Below are positions 46,996 through 56,705 of a stretch of 64,000 bases of DNA, in pieces (the stretch's first letter is position 1; the number at the start of each line of letters is the position of its first letter). Made by a program: the position numbers and the translations under genes. Source of the DNA: an uncultured virus (IMG/VR IMGVR_UViG_3300020046_010987) (taxonomy: Duplodnaviria > Heunggongvirae > Uroviricota > Caudoviricetes); the IMG/VR virus record IMGVR_UViG_3300020046_010987. One strand, written 5' to 3'. Under the pieces are notes generated by a model. That model saw only the letters and a list, made by a program, of their open reading frames with translations, made no database searches and was not told the origin of the DNA.

Positions 46996-49953
46996 TCAGA
47001 GGCAAGAGAGGATGTGGGTTTCCAGGAGGAGCGCTGTCTTTTCCAACTGGAGAGTCGGGCCGAGCACGGGGCTCTCGCTGTCTGCGATCTCAGCCTCTGC
47101 AATGTGAGCGCACACCGCGAGTTTACGCGTCTCGGGCACTGTAGCGCAAGCGCCGTCGCGCCGCCGCGCCAAGACGTAGGCCATTTCCGGAGCGAAGGAG
47201 CCCATCTTGGCCGGAACCATCTCGGTATACGCCGAGATCGGCACCCCTTCATTGGTCATGACCTTGGGTCCTGCGAGGTCACCCATGCGCACGTCACGGG
47301 CCCCTTCGTGGATGCCCTTGAGGCCCGACGCTACGCCGAGCCCTGCGAGCCCCCCTCCGAGGAAGCGGTTCATGGGGGTGCGCTTGCCGAGCATCAGCTT
47401 GCCGAGACCTGCAGCGCCCATGAGCGTGCCCATGCCGAGGTAGCCTGCGCCGCGCAGGTACTTTCCAGCCTGGGCGCGGCCCTCGAGCGACTCCGCGGTT
47501 TCCCGCGCACGTCCGAGATTCGTCGTGTAGGCCTGTCCTTGCGGGGATGTGTAGGTGAGCGTGTCGGTGTTCGGGCGCTGATCGCGCGGCGCGAGCATCG
47601 AGATGCCGCGGTACTGGTGCAGCGGCGTGTCGCGCAGCCGTACGTCTGGCACCTGTTGCGGTGCTAGTTCGTTTGCGAGCTTCTCCGAGACGCGCAGGTC
47701 ATCCGCGAGGCCTGCCGCCTTGAGCACGTCGTCGTAGAAGCGCGGATACTGCTCGAAGAGCTCGAACACCGCGGCGGCCTGCTTCGAGGCTTGCTCGAGC
47801 GTCGCATCATCCGGCGCGCCTGCGCCCATGCGGCCCATGAAGAACTGGATCAAGTCCTTGAGGCCGAGCGGCATGCCGCACGCATCGGCGGTGCCGAGCG
47901 CTTCAGACGGCGTGTACTCGATCATCACCTTGATTTGAGACTCAGATGGGCCCGAGACCTTCTTCTCTGGCGCCGTGTCTGAGTACTTCTTCACGAGACC
48001 GAGCGAGCCGCCGGGCAGGCCGCTATTCGACGCGACCGGGTCTCCCGAGATCGTTTTTTCGATGGCAGAGGCCTTGCCGAACGCAGCGGCCTTGCTGCGT
48101 AGGTCTTCGACGCGCTCGGCGAGCTCGTAGCTCGGAGTCCAGAGCTCGACGGCGTCTGCGACTTTCTTCAACATGAAGCCCGTGCGGTCTGCAGGGCGGA
48201 ACACCCAGGACGAGTCGAAGAATCGTGGGGAGGGGTTGAGCGCAGCGACCTTGCGGCCGTCGGGCAGAACTTTGCCCATCGAGTACTTCAGGTGCTCGCA
48301 GTACTGCTTGCGTGTCGGCGCGTTGTTGCCGCAGATCGTGCACGTGTCGTACTTGATCTTGCAGTTGTGGACTGCGTGATTCTCCGTGACGTAGGAGTTG
48401 TCCCCCTCGACCTCGAAGTTGTAGACGGGGCCTTCGAACGGCTCGAGTGAGATCTCTTTCACACGAGAGATCACGAAACCCGCCCCGAGAAGGGGGCCGG
48501 TGCTGGGCCCCTTCATCATTCGCGGGGAGACCTTGGCGCAGTAGGGTGCGATGACATCGCAGTACCGTCGCGCGAAGCACACGCGGTACTCGACGGTCGA
48601 TTTCTTGACGAGCACCGACGGCTTGTGGTTGATGGTGTGCACACATGAGTAGATGCCGCAGCGGAATCCCACCGTTTGAAGCTGGTGCGCAAGGTTACGG
48701 TTGCAGGTGGCGATGTAAAAATCGCCTTTGGAGTCCGTGCCGCCGTCTCCGTTGATCATGGCGCCGAGGAACGCGAGTTGCTGCTCGCGCGGCTGTCGCA
48801 TGAGCTCCAGGCTCAGCCGCTTCTCAGGAGCTCGCCGGCCAACATGCGTGTTGCAGAGCGCTGCCAGCTCCTTGCTGCGAACCTCGGTGTACATGGCCGC
48901 TGCGGACTCGGCATGCGGACGGGTATTCACTTTCGGAACTCCCAGTGCGCGCGCTAGGACGGGCATCTCTTCGCGCAACGTGTCTGTCACGTGGTGCGTG
49001 AACACGACTGAGTGGCTGGTGCCATAGTGTAGGTTCCCCTCCGCGGCGTAGTACCCCAAGAATTGGCATTGCTCGACAGACAGGCTCTCCGTCACCGCCG
49101 TATCGAACGGTGTCAGAAGGTAGTCCCCTACTCGTACGTCTTCCGCAGGAGTCCAGTGCACATGCGCGGTGTCGATCTCTGCCACAGGGCGGCGTTTGTA
49201 CTCACCGTGGGGTGTGCGTGCGCAGACGGCGGCAAAGGGAAGCACCGCGTAGGGGTGCTCTTGCGTCATGGTGGAAGTACCCACGCCGGAGTGGATCGTG
49301 TAGAGCAGCCCGCGGTACTCACGTCGATGCAGCTCGGTGACGACCCGCACCGCACCCGTGTGCGTGATGACCTCGTCCCCTACGGCGATGGTCTCGATGG
49401 CTACACGGCCTGTCGGCGTGTGAATCTGGGTCCCGGCCTTGCCGCATCCCATCGACTTACTTGGATATTCCCCGCTACCGATCTTCTCGAGCAGGTGGGG
49501 CGCCTTCTTGTGGTCGAAGTCCTCGACCACCTCGACGCGCCGCATGCGGGGGTTCCAGAACGCCTTCTTCACCCGGCCAATGGCCTTGGCCGGGTCGTGG
49601 TTCACGTGGTGCTCGAAGACGTGCGCGTTGTCGTAGCTCTGGTAGTGCTTCGTCAGCACCTCGTCCGCCGCGATCTTGCCGGGCACCGGCTCGCTCGGAA
49701 ATCCGTCGCCATTGCGATTCGCGCCGTACGTCTCGTGATCTCCGAGGCCGATGACGAGCACCGTCGTCTTGCCCTCTTCCGGCTGCACGCTCTTGATGTA
49801 TTCGAGCGCGGGCGAATCGTTGCCTGCTGCGGTCTTGTGCAGCGACGTAGCCTCGCGGAGCATCCGTCCATTACGCCCCGGCGTGCTGATGAGCTGTACC
49901 GTCGGCTCGCCCGTAGCGAAGTGGTCGTCGAAGGTGATGATTTTGTTGGCCAC
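46996..49953 (-). CDS. Prohead maturation protease (putative) interrupted by an intein, with a C-terminal glycine-zipper extension
   Basis: NRNGDGF, FEHH.N....IG.V, SMG/C..C.ICG...C.H, FFD.S.V..PAD herpes/HK97-type protease pattern. Confidence 0.7.
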   Translation of the reverse strand: MANKIITFDDHFATGEPTVQLISTPGRNGRMLREATSLHKTAAGNDSPALEYIKSVQPEEGKTTVLVIGLGDHETYGANRNGDGFPSEPVPGKIAADEVLTKHYQSYDNAHVFEHHVNHDPAKAIGRVKKAFWNPRMRRVEVVEDFDHKKAPHLLEKIGSGEYPSKSMGCGKAGTQIHTPTGRVAIETIAVGDEVITHTGAVRVVTELHRREYRGLLYTIHSGVGTSTMTQEHPYAVLPFAAVCARTPHGEYKRRPVAEIDTAHVHWTPAEDVRVGDYLLTPFDTAVTESLSVEQCQFLGYYAAEGNLHYGTSHSVVFTHHVTDTLREEMPVLARALGVPKVNTRPHAESAAAMYTEVRSKELAALCNTHVGRRAPEKRLSLELMRQPREQQLAFLGAMINGDGGTDSKGDFYIATCNRNLAHQLQTVGFRCGIYSCVHTINHKPSVLVKKSTVEYRVCFARRYCDVIAPYCAKVSPRMMKGPSTGPLLGAGFVISRVKEISLEPFEGPVYNFEVEGDNSYVTENHAVHNCKIKYDTCTICGNNAPTRKQYCEHLKYSMGKVLPDGRKVAALNPSPRFFDSSWVFRPADRTGFMLKKVADAVELWTPSYELAERVEDLRSKAAAFGKASAIEKTISGDPVASNSGLPGGSLGLVKKYSDTAPEKKVSGPSESQIKVMIEYTPSEALGTADACGMPLGLKDLIQFFMGRMGAGAPDDATLEQASKQAAAVFELFEQYPRFYDDVLKAAGLADDLRVSEKLANELAPQQVPDVRLRDTPLHQYRGISMLAPRDQRPNTDTLTYTSPQGQAYTTNLGRARETAESLEGRAQAGKYLRGAGYLGMGTLMGAAGLGKLMLGKRTPMNRFLGGGLAGLGVASGLKGIHEGARDVRMGDLAGPKVMTNEGVPISAYTEMVPAKMGSFAPEMAYVLARRRDGACATVPETRKLAVCAHIAEAEIADSESPVLGPTLQLEKTALLLETHILSCL
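48364..49446 (-). mobile_element. Intein with a LAGLIDADG homing endonuclease (361 aa)
   Basis: N-terminal C..AGT.I; T.EHP block B; FLGYYAAEG and FLGAMINGDG; C-terminal VYNFEV...SY...VHN followed by +1 Cys. Confidence 0.9.
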
Positions 49954-49968
49954 GGAAGAGCTTCTTTC

Positions 49969-50700
49969 TCAGAGGAGCGCTGCGCGCAGAGCATCGCGCA
50001 TGGCAGCGAGCTTGGGAGAGACCGGCGCGAACCCGAGCGCCTCGGGGTTGTAGCCTTGGGACTGGAGGTGCGCTCGGAGCTGTCCGAGATCGAGTTCCTC
50101 GGTGCGTCGCAGCTTGCGCCGAACCGGGCCCGTCTGATCCCAGATGTCCGTCTCGGGAGGCTTCGGAGGCACAGGCAGCGCAGGGCCGCTCTTCGGCAGG
50201 GCGATGATGCGCGAGGGGTCCTTCGAGAGGTACTGCTCGGCCTGATGCGGCGCCACGAACTGCATGTTGCCGTCCGTGCGCAGCCGCATGTGCGAAGGCT
50301 GGACCGCGGACGGAGGGACGTGCGAAGCCGCCGCGGCGAGCGCTTCGGCGGGAGCATGCGCTGCAGCGGCGCGGCGCGCAGCTCGAGCTGCTGCGTTCCC
50401 ACTCACGACGGTGCTGGCGGTCTTAGACCCCGCGCGGGCGAAAGGGAGGGCGCCCGGGCTGGCGACCCCCTTCAGGCTGGCGTAGGTGTCGATGCCGTCG
50501 CGGATCGCACCCTGGATGAGGGTCTGATACGCGAGCTTCGTACCGAGCGCTCGCACGAAGTCGGCGAGCTCGGCCTCCTGGGGCACCCCGAGCAGCGTGG
50601 CCGCCGACTTGTGCAGCCCGGCCGTCTGATGAGAGAGGACCCCGGAAACCACCGGGGACGACAGTAGCTGCGCGTCGGTCAGCATCGAGGACTCCTTCAC
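49969..50700 (-). CDS. K-x-A putative head protein
   Basis: HKSAA, TKLA, SKTAS, PKLAA. Confidence 0.55.
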   Translation of the reverse strand: MKESSMLTDAQLLSSPVVSGVLSHQTAGLHKSAATLLGVPQEAELADFVRALGTKLAYQTLIQGAIRDGIDTYASLKGVASPGALPFARAGSKTASTVVSGNAAARAARRAAAAHAPAEALAAAASHVPPSAVQPSHMRLRTDGNMQFVAPHQAEQYLSKDPSRIIALPKSGPALPVPPKPPETDIWDQTGPVRRKLRRTEELDLGQLRAHLQSQGYNPEALGFAPVSPKLAAMRDALRAALL

Positions 50701-51557
50701 AGCGCCCCGCCGGCGCGCGTCACAGCGGACTCGGCGTCCGCGAGGTTCTTGAGGGTGGCGTAGCTCGGGCCCTGCCCGTAGGTCGCCGATTCACGCAGGA
50801 AGCTGCGCACCGCGTTCGGGTCCGCGGCCACGTTGGGCGCGAACTGCCGCATGGTGTCGAAGCTCGAGTGGATGATCTCTTGCGGCGCCTGCGAGACGAT
50901 CTCGTCCTGCATCGCCATCTGGAAGGCCTGCTGATGCTTCGGAGCGAGCAGCTCGCGCTGCTGCGCCTTGAACGCCTGCTGCGCCTCGATCTTGCCGAGC
51001 TCCTTCTCCTTCGTCTCCTGCGCGGCCGTCGACCCGAAGAGAGCGCCGCGGAGGGCGCCTGCAGCTTCCTGGCCTGCGCCGATGAGGGCGCCGCCGCCGA
51101 GAGCCGGCAGCACGTTCTTCAGGTGCCCCTCACCCTGCATCATGCCGGAGGCGGCGCCTTGGAGGCCGCCCATGCCGCGAACCGCGCCGAGCCCGCCGCC
51201 GAGCGCCGCGCCGCCGAGGCCGCCCTTGAGCGCAGCCTGGCCGACGTCTTCGCCGCGCATCTTCGCGCCGAGAGCTCCGAGGCCCGCGCCGCCGAGCCCG
51301 CCTGCGAGCGCGCCCCCGAGAGCCTGCCCGAAGAACGCCGTCTTCTCCTCGCCGGTGAGCGCGCGAGTCAGCGCGACGAACGCCGCACGCTTGGTGGCGT
51401 CCTGCGCGATGTCGCTGACGACGTCCTCGGCGCTCTTCGCGCGTCCTGCTTCACGCAGTGCGATGGCGATCGCTTGCTTCGGCTTGTGCCCCGCGGAGCG
51501 CAGCTCTGCGATGTTCTTGCCGACGATCTTGTTGTCCGATCCAGGAAGCAGCGGCAT
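50697..51557 (-). CDS. Glycine-zipper K-x-A putative head protein
   Basis: N-terminal MPL..G...NI.EL...G...KQAIAIAL module; EKTA; several GGxxG helices; F.TMRQFAP.VA.DP.A.RSFL. Confidence 0.65.
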   Translation of the reverse strand: MPLLPGSDNKIVGKNIAELRSAGHKPKQAIAIALREAGRAKSAEDVVSDIAQDATKRAAFVALTRALTGEEKTAFFGQALGGALAGGLGGAGLGALGAKMRGEDVGQAALKGGLGGAALGGGLGAVRGMGGLQGAASGMMQGEGHLKNVLPALGGGALIGAGQEAAGALRGALFGSTAAQETKEKELGKIEAQQAFKAQQRELLAPKHQQAFQMAMQDEIVSQAPQEIIHSSFDTMRQFAPNVAADPNAVRSFLRESATYGQGPSYATLKNLADAESAVTRAGGAL

Positions 51558-51560
51558 CGA

Positions 51561-52346
51561 TCACTCCTTGAGTGCTGCGAGACGGGTCATGGTGGTCCGC
51601 GCGCTGTCGAGCTCGGTCAGCAACGCCTGGAACGTGCGGTGCGGCATCGTGCTCGTGTCCGGGTAGGACGCGGTCTTCACCGGGTAGAAATCGAACTCCG
51701 GCTTGCGCAGGGCTGCACGGAGGGTGTTGAGCGGCGCGTGTGCTTGCACGCCGTACGCATCGAGGGCTTCCTTTTCGAAGGCCTCGTACGGCGTTCCGTA
51801 GAGCCGGCGGAACTCGTGCGCGAGCTTTTCGACATGCCCCGTGAGCGCGAGCTTGTGCTCTTCGACGCGGATACGCAGCTCGGAAGCGAGCTTGTACGAC
51901 GTGCGTTCGCGACGCTCGGCTGCGCGCTTCTCGCGTCCGGGGCGCTGTGCCTCAGCCGCGAGCTCTTCGAGAGACGCCGTCTTCTCGGTGAAGACCTCGG
52001 GCGTGACGAGTGAACGCGACTCCCAGGCTGCGTCCCAGTCCGAGACGATAGGCGGCGCACTCGCGGTCTTGCTCGCCGCCATCTCTCCCTGAAGGAGCTC
52101 CTTGGCGCTGACCACGTCGAAGTCGACGAGACGGTCGTCGCTGCCTTGCTTGCCCTTGTCGGTGAAGTGCGCGCTGAATGCTGCGTTGTTCGCGGCTTCG
52201 CACAGACGCGCGAGCTGCTCTGCGTTCAGGTCCTCTTCCTGCGCGATCTTCATCACGGAGGTCTTGAGGGGCGTCTTCTGCTCGACAAGCTCGCGAGCGA
52301 CCTTTTCTGCGTAGGACGCAAAGTCCCGATCTGTGAGCACAGGCAT
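51561..52346 (-). CDS. K-x-A putative head protein
   Basis: LN.EQ..R.CE.AN..AF; about 7 K-x-A motifs. Confidence 0.65.
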   Translation of the reverse strand: MPVLTDRDFASYAEKVARELVEQKTPLKTSVMKIAQEEDLNAEQLARLCEAANNAAFSAHFTDKGKQGSDDRLVDFDVVSAKELLQGEMAASKTASAPPIVSDWDAAWESRSLVTPEVFTEKTASLEELAAEAQRPGREKRAAERRERTSYKLASELRIRVEEHKLALTGHVEKLAHEFRRLYGTPYEAFEKEALDAYGVQAHAPLNTLRAALRKPEFDFYPVKTASYPDTSTMPHRTFQALLTELDSARTTMTRLAALKE

Positions 52347-52441
52347 GCACGGAAGGTATCAGAAATCGCAGAAAGGCACACGTCCCTGCAACACCTCTGG
52401 AAGAGGTTCGTGGCTTCGAAGCCTCTCGCTCGGCGGCTAGG

Positions 52442-53170
52442 TCAGTGCGCGAGCTCGGCGCCGTGCCGGAGAAGGTCTTCGAGCGTCGGGTTGGACGGCC
52501 CGGTCTGGATGATGAACTCGAGGTTGTTCTTCTCGGCCGCCGCCGCAGCCTTCGCGCCTGCGCCCAGCTTGTCGAGCGCCTGCGCCTCGGCCAGCACCTG
52601 CTTGTTGAGCGCGCGCAGCCCTGCCGCCGCCTTGCTCGTCGGAGGGACGATGGCCTGCTGCCGGATGTACTCGCGCGCGTTTGCCTCGAAGACCTGGCCG
52701 AGAACCGTCTCGGGGGAGAGCGCCTCGGGAGCTGGAGCGTAGCGGAACTGCAGCGCCCGAAAGCCCTTGGTGTAGCCTTCTTGGAGCAACGCCCGCTCAG
52801 ACTCTTCCGCGAGTCCCGCGATGTATCCGAACACGTGGAAGCTGTTCTGGAACACGGACACGTCGAAGAACAGGTGTGTGTACGCCGCGGTCTCCTCGAC
52901 GGAGACGTGGAACACCTCTTCGAGCTGTTCGGGGGTAGCGCCGCCGAGCAAGCACGCGTTGAAGAGCGCCCGGACCCGCACGTCCTGATAGGACTGCCAC
53001 GCCTGAGTAACGGCGCTCAGCGTCTCTTGCGAGACTTCGCCGTCCAGGATGCCGCTCAGAAGGTAGTCGAGCGCACGCTCTTCGGGCGTCTCCAACTCGC
53101 GCAGATCCCCTACCACCGCGCATTGACGGTGGTTCGGGGTGTTACGCAGCGCTGTTTGTTCCTTGTGCAT
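52442..53170 (-). CDS. Hypothetical protein
   Basis: Y..LFFDVSVF motif; lies within the head module. Confidence 0.55.
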   Translation of the reverse strand: MHKEQTALRNTPNHRQCAVVGDLRELETPEERALDYLLSGILDGEVSQETLSAVTQAWQSYQDVRVRALFNACLLGGATPEQLEEVFHVSVEETAAYTHLFFDVSVFQNSFHVFGYIAGLAEESERALLQEGYTKGFRALQFRYAPAPEALSPETVLGQVFEANAREYIRQQAIVPPTSKAAAGLRALNKQVLAEAQALDKLGAGAKAAAAAEKNNLEFIIQTGPSNPTLEDLLRHGAELAH

Positions 53171-56100
53171 TGACCAGAGCCGTGCTGTTTTGTTTCAGCT
53201 CGGACTGCAACTGACCCAGCCCGAGGAAGGTGTTCCGTGCCTGTTCTTCGAGAGTCTTGAACCCCTCGGAGCCCAGCTGCGCCTCGAGTTCGGGCGCACG
53301 AATCTGCAATAGCAAGAGTGTACGACCAAGATCGTCGATTGTCGCCACCAGATTGTCTTTGTGGTCGCCGAGCGGCGACGGACTGTTGCCCGCGCGCTGC
53401 GCTGCGCCCTCAAGATCTGTGATGGCCGACATGTCGAACACGCCCTGATCCTTCATCGAGGCCGCTTGCCCGAGAAACTCGGGGTTCATCTGCAGAGCGA
53501 TCTCGTCGGACGACGGGCCCTCCTCGGGCATCATCGGCAGCGGGGGCTGCTGGGGCGGCATGCCCTGCGCGTTGGGGTCCTGCATCGCAGGATCCATGGG
53601 CGCAGCATTCGGGTCTGCAGGTGCCGCGTTCGGGTCTGCGGGCGGGGCATTCGGGTCTGCAGGGGCTTGGGCCGCGGCAGGGTCCATGGGCGCAGGTGCG
53701 GGCGCCGCGGGAGGAGCTCCGGCTGCCGCGTTCGGGTCCATGGGCGCTCCGGGGGCCGGCGTCGCGGGGGCCGCAGGAGCAGGCGTGCCGCCCGCTGCCG
53801 GCATGGCGGGGTCGGTCTGCTGCATGTCGGTCGGGGCCATGCCGCCGCCCGATGCGATTTCTTGCGCGCGCTGTTGCACCGTCTGCAGGACCTGCAGCTG
53901 GCTTTGGAGCTGCGCGACCTGCTGCTCGAGGCCTCCGAGAGTCTCTCCGAGCGCCTGGTCCATCGCGGGGTCTGCACGCTTCACGAGCGCCGCGAACTTC
54001 GAGAGCAGCGGCTTCGGGATGATGTGCGCCGTGACACTCCGCTCGAGCTCGGCGAGCTTCACGCAGGCTTCAGCGTCCGCGCCCGAAATGCTCTCGAGAT
54101 CAGCGAGGTACTTGATGGCGGCGCTCTTCTCGAGCGGACCCTTGTCCTCGGACAGCGCGCTGCGCACCGAGAACGTGCGGGCACCCGCGTTGTCTACGCG
54201 CACCTTGCGCGCGCCCATCGCGCCCATCGCGTTCATGCCGAGGTCGATGACCTGCGACGGGGTCGTGATGAAGTCGTTGCGGGACTCGTAGGGCATATCC
54301 TTGAGCGGGACCCAGCGCCAGGATGCAGGGATCAGGACGTAGCCGGAGTCGCGCGGGCGCACGGGCCGCTTCATCGGCGAGCGCGGGTCGATGCGGAAAC
54401 GCTTGCCGTGCCGGAACTTGCCCGTGATGACGCCGTCTGCGGACGTCGCGATCTCTGCGAGCGTCACCGGCTTGGTGGCGTAGTAGTGCGAGCCCGTCTG
54501 CCAGATGAAGGCGCCATACCCTGAGGCGACCTTCGCGGTCTTGTTGCCCCAGACGCGCCCGTACAGCGGCGTGCCCTCGAGCAGCTTCTCAGTCATCTGT
54601 TCGCCGACGATCTGGTCTACGGTGAAGTTGCGCCCGTCGCCGAGCAGCACGAGGCGCTCGGACTTGTGGGAGCGCTCCACATCCGGCTCCGGGCAGTTGA
54701 GATTGCCCTTCGAATCGGGCTCGGGGTGCGTCGCGAAGGTGCCGGGCGTCTTCGTGATGACCGGCTTCACCTGCGAGGTGTTCTTCGGCGAGTACTGCCG
54801 CTCGCTGTTCTCGAGGTCGAGCGGATCCTGCACGATGAGCGCGGGCACGCGCTTGCCGTCGAACGCCCAGAGCAGGTACACGCCCGGTTCGCGCGCATCG
54901 TGCGCGTCATGGTACTCCTGCTTGATGACGGCTTGGTTGCGCGCAGGGCGCTTGCCGTCGTCCTCGTAGTAGTACCCGCGCATCGCGACGCCGCGGAACG
55001 CCGCGCCAGCACGAGGCCCGAAGGCCTGGACGCCGTCGGTCGAGCGGACGATCTTCAGGCCCCCTTCGGGGGTCTGCCCCGCAACCTTCGCGCGCGGCTT
55101 GAGCGCGGCGACGAGCTCCTTGTCGCCATAGATCTGAGCGGCGAGCTTGAGCAGCGGCACGTGCTTCTTCAGCACGGTCGCGAACGCGGTCTTCACGTTG
55201 TTCGGCGCGCGCTCGAGGTAGTCGAGCAGGCGAAGCGGGCGCTCGTGCGGCTCGGCGAACGCGTGCTTGAACATCGGCTTCGGGTCTTCGAAAGCCGCGT
55301 AGCGGTACATGCCCCCGTAGGGGTCTTGCTGTGGTGCGCTGTTCGGACGCAGCGCGTTCGAGATGCTGCCGGGGCGTGCCGCGGAGATAGATCCGATGCC
55401 GAGCCCCGCGAGCTGCCCGATCTCATCACCGAGGCCTTCGAGCTGCGGGTAGCGCGTGTTCATGCGGCCGCCGAGCGCGCGCCCGAGGGTGCCGCCGAGC
55501 GTTCCGCCGAGCGAGCCCTTGAGTGCGCGGCTGCCCATGTCCGAGTAGTCGTCGTCGTAGACGCTGGTGAGCGCGCCGCCGAGGCCGCCGAGAGCAGCGT
55601 TCTCTGCAACGACGCCTGCGAGGTCGTCGGCCTTGCCGCCGAGCCGCGCGAACAGCCCCTGTGACGCGGCAGAGCCCATCTTCATCGGATCAGCCGCGGG
55701 CATCTGTCCCGGAGCAGCCTGCGCGGCGCCCGGCGCCATCGGTGCGGGGGCTGCAGCTCCCGGCTGCTGCATGTTCGGACCGGGGGCAGGGGGCTGCTGC
55801 GGCGCAGCACCCGGCGCCATGCCCGGTTGCGCGCCAGGCTGCCCGCCCGGAGCCATCCCGCCTACGCCAGCCGCCGCAGCTTCCTGCGGCATCATCCAGG
55901 TCTTGACGTAGCTCTTGTACATCTTGGACATGATGTTCATGTCCATCTGGCCCTGATCGAGCGCGACGCCCGGCGTCATGCCGTTGAGCTGCGAGAACTG
56001 CGCGACGAAGCCTTCCCACATGCCCGGGTCGAAGGCTTCCTCTGCGCGCTTGCACATCGACACACCGAGCGGGTGCGTCGAGTCTGCCGCGATCTTCCAG

Positions 56101-56597
56101 AGCACCTTCTGCTCGGGGGTGCCGCGCTCGACGGCGCTCGCGTAGGAGTAGCGACCCGTCGTCGGCGGGACGACGAGATTGCGGATGTCCATGTCGGTCG
56201 CGACCGTCGGCGGCAGCTTCTGGGCTTCGCCGAGGCCCTGGCTGCTGTTGCGCAGCACCTCCTCGACCCACTCCTGCGTGAAGGGCACGAAGGTGCCCTT
56301 GTTCACGACGAAGAGGATGTCGAGGGGCGAGACCTCGTCGGCATGGAACGTCACGGGGACGTAAGCAGCTTCGCCAGCGAGATCGAGGATGAAGGCGCCG
56401 ACGGCCGTGCCCGCGTCGGGATCACTCGTCACCATCTTGAACGTGACGATGGACTCGGTCAGGTCGGGATGCCGGGCGTCGAACGCCTGGTAGGCCTGGT
56501 CGGTCACGTGCTGTTCGAAGAACTGAGCCTTCGATGCATTCGTCGGCGTCTGCTCGAGGGCATCGATGGCCGGGCCAAGGGCAGCGATCTTCGTCAT
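53142..56597 (-). CDS. Large multidomain K-x-A head/core protein (1151 aa)
   Basis: Globular blocks separated by P/A/Q/M-rich linkers (DPNA repeats), glycine zippers and K-x-A sites. Confidence 0.65.
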   Translation of the reverse strand: MTKIAALGPAIDALEQTPTNASKAQFFEQHVTDQAYQAFDARHPDLTESIVTFKMVTSDPDAGTAVGAFILDLAGEAAYVPVTFHADEVSPLDILFVVNKGTFVPFTQEWVEEVLRNSSQGLGEAQKLPPTVATDMDIRNLVVPPTTGRYSYASAVERGTPEQKVLWKIAADSTHPLGVSMCKRAEEAFDPGMWEGFVAQFSQLNGMTPGVALDQGQMDMNIMSKMYKSYVKTWMMPQEAAAAGVGGMAPGGQPGAQPGMAPGAAPQQPPAPGPNMQQPGAAAPAPMAPGAAQAAPGQMPAADPMKMGSAASQGLFARLGGKADDLAGVVAENAALGGLGGALTSVYDDDYSDMGSRALKGSLGGTLGGTLGRALGGRMNTRYPQLEGLGDEIGQLAGLGIGSISAARPGSISNALRPNSAPQQDPYGGMYRYAAFEDPKPMFKHAFAEPHERPLRLLDYLERAPNNVKTAFATVLKKHVPLLKLAAQIYGDKELVAALKPRAKVAGQTPEGGLKIVRSTDGVQAFGPRAGAAFRGVAMRGYYYEDDGKRPARNQAVIKQEYHDAHDAREPGVYLLWAFDGKRVPALIVQDPLDLENSERQYSPKNTSQVKPVITKTPGTFATHPEPDSKGNLNCPEPDVERSHKSERLVLLGDGRNFTVDQIVGEQMTEKLLEGTPLYGRVWGNKTAKVASGYGAFIWQTGSHYYATKPVTLAEIATSADGVITGKFRHGKRFRIDPRSPMKRPVRPRDSGYVLIPASWRWVPLKDMPYESRNDFITTPSQVIDLGMNAMGAMGARKVRVDNAGARTFSVRSALSEDKGPLEKSAAIKYLADLESISGADAEACVKLAELERSVTAHIIPKPLLSKFAALVKRADPAMDQALGETLGGLEQQVAQLQSQLQVLQTVQQRAQEIASGGGMAPTDMQQTDPAMPAAGGTPAPAAPATPAPGAPMDPNAAAGAPPAAPAPAPMDPAAAQAPADPNAPPADPNAAPADPNAAPMDPAMQDPNAQGMPPQQPPLPMMPEEGPSSDEIALQMNPEFLGQAASMKDQGVFDMSAITDLEGAAQRAGNSPSPLGDHKDNLVATIDDLGRTLLLLQIRAPELEAQLGSEGFKTLEEQARNTFLGLGQLQSELKQNSTALVNAQGTNSAA

Positions 56598-56645
56598 GCG
56601 GGAATCTCGTGGGCAAAAGGGCGGCGTGCCATGAGCATGCTACCC

Positions 56646-56688
56646 GAAAAAGGAAAAGCCCGCTCGCAAGATCTGCGAGCAGGCTTCC
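56646..56688 (-). terminator. Rho-independent terminator
   Basis: AAGCCTGCTCGCA-gatct-TGCGAGCGGGCTT followed by TTCCTTTTT on the minus strand. Confidence 0.75.
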
Positions 56689-56705
56689 AGAGACGAGAAG
56701 CGACT

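Noticed and set aside
53142..56597. Portal or tape-measure assignment
   Set aside because: No recognisable portal motifs or tape-measure periodicity; left as a head/core protein
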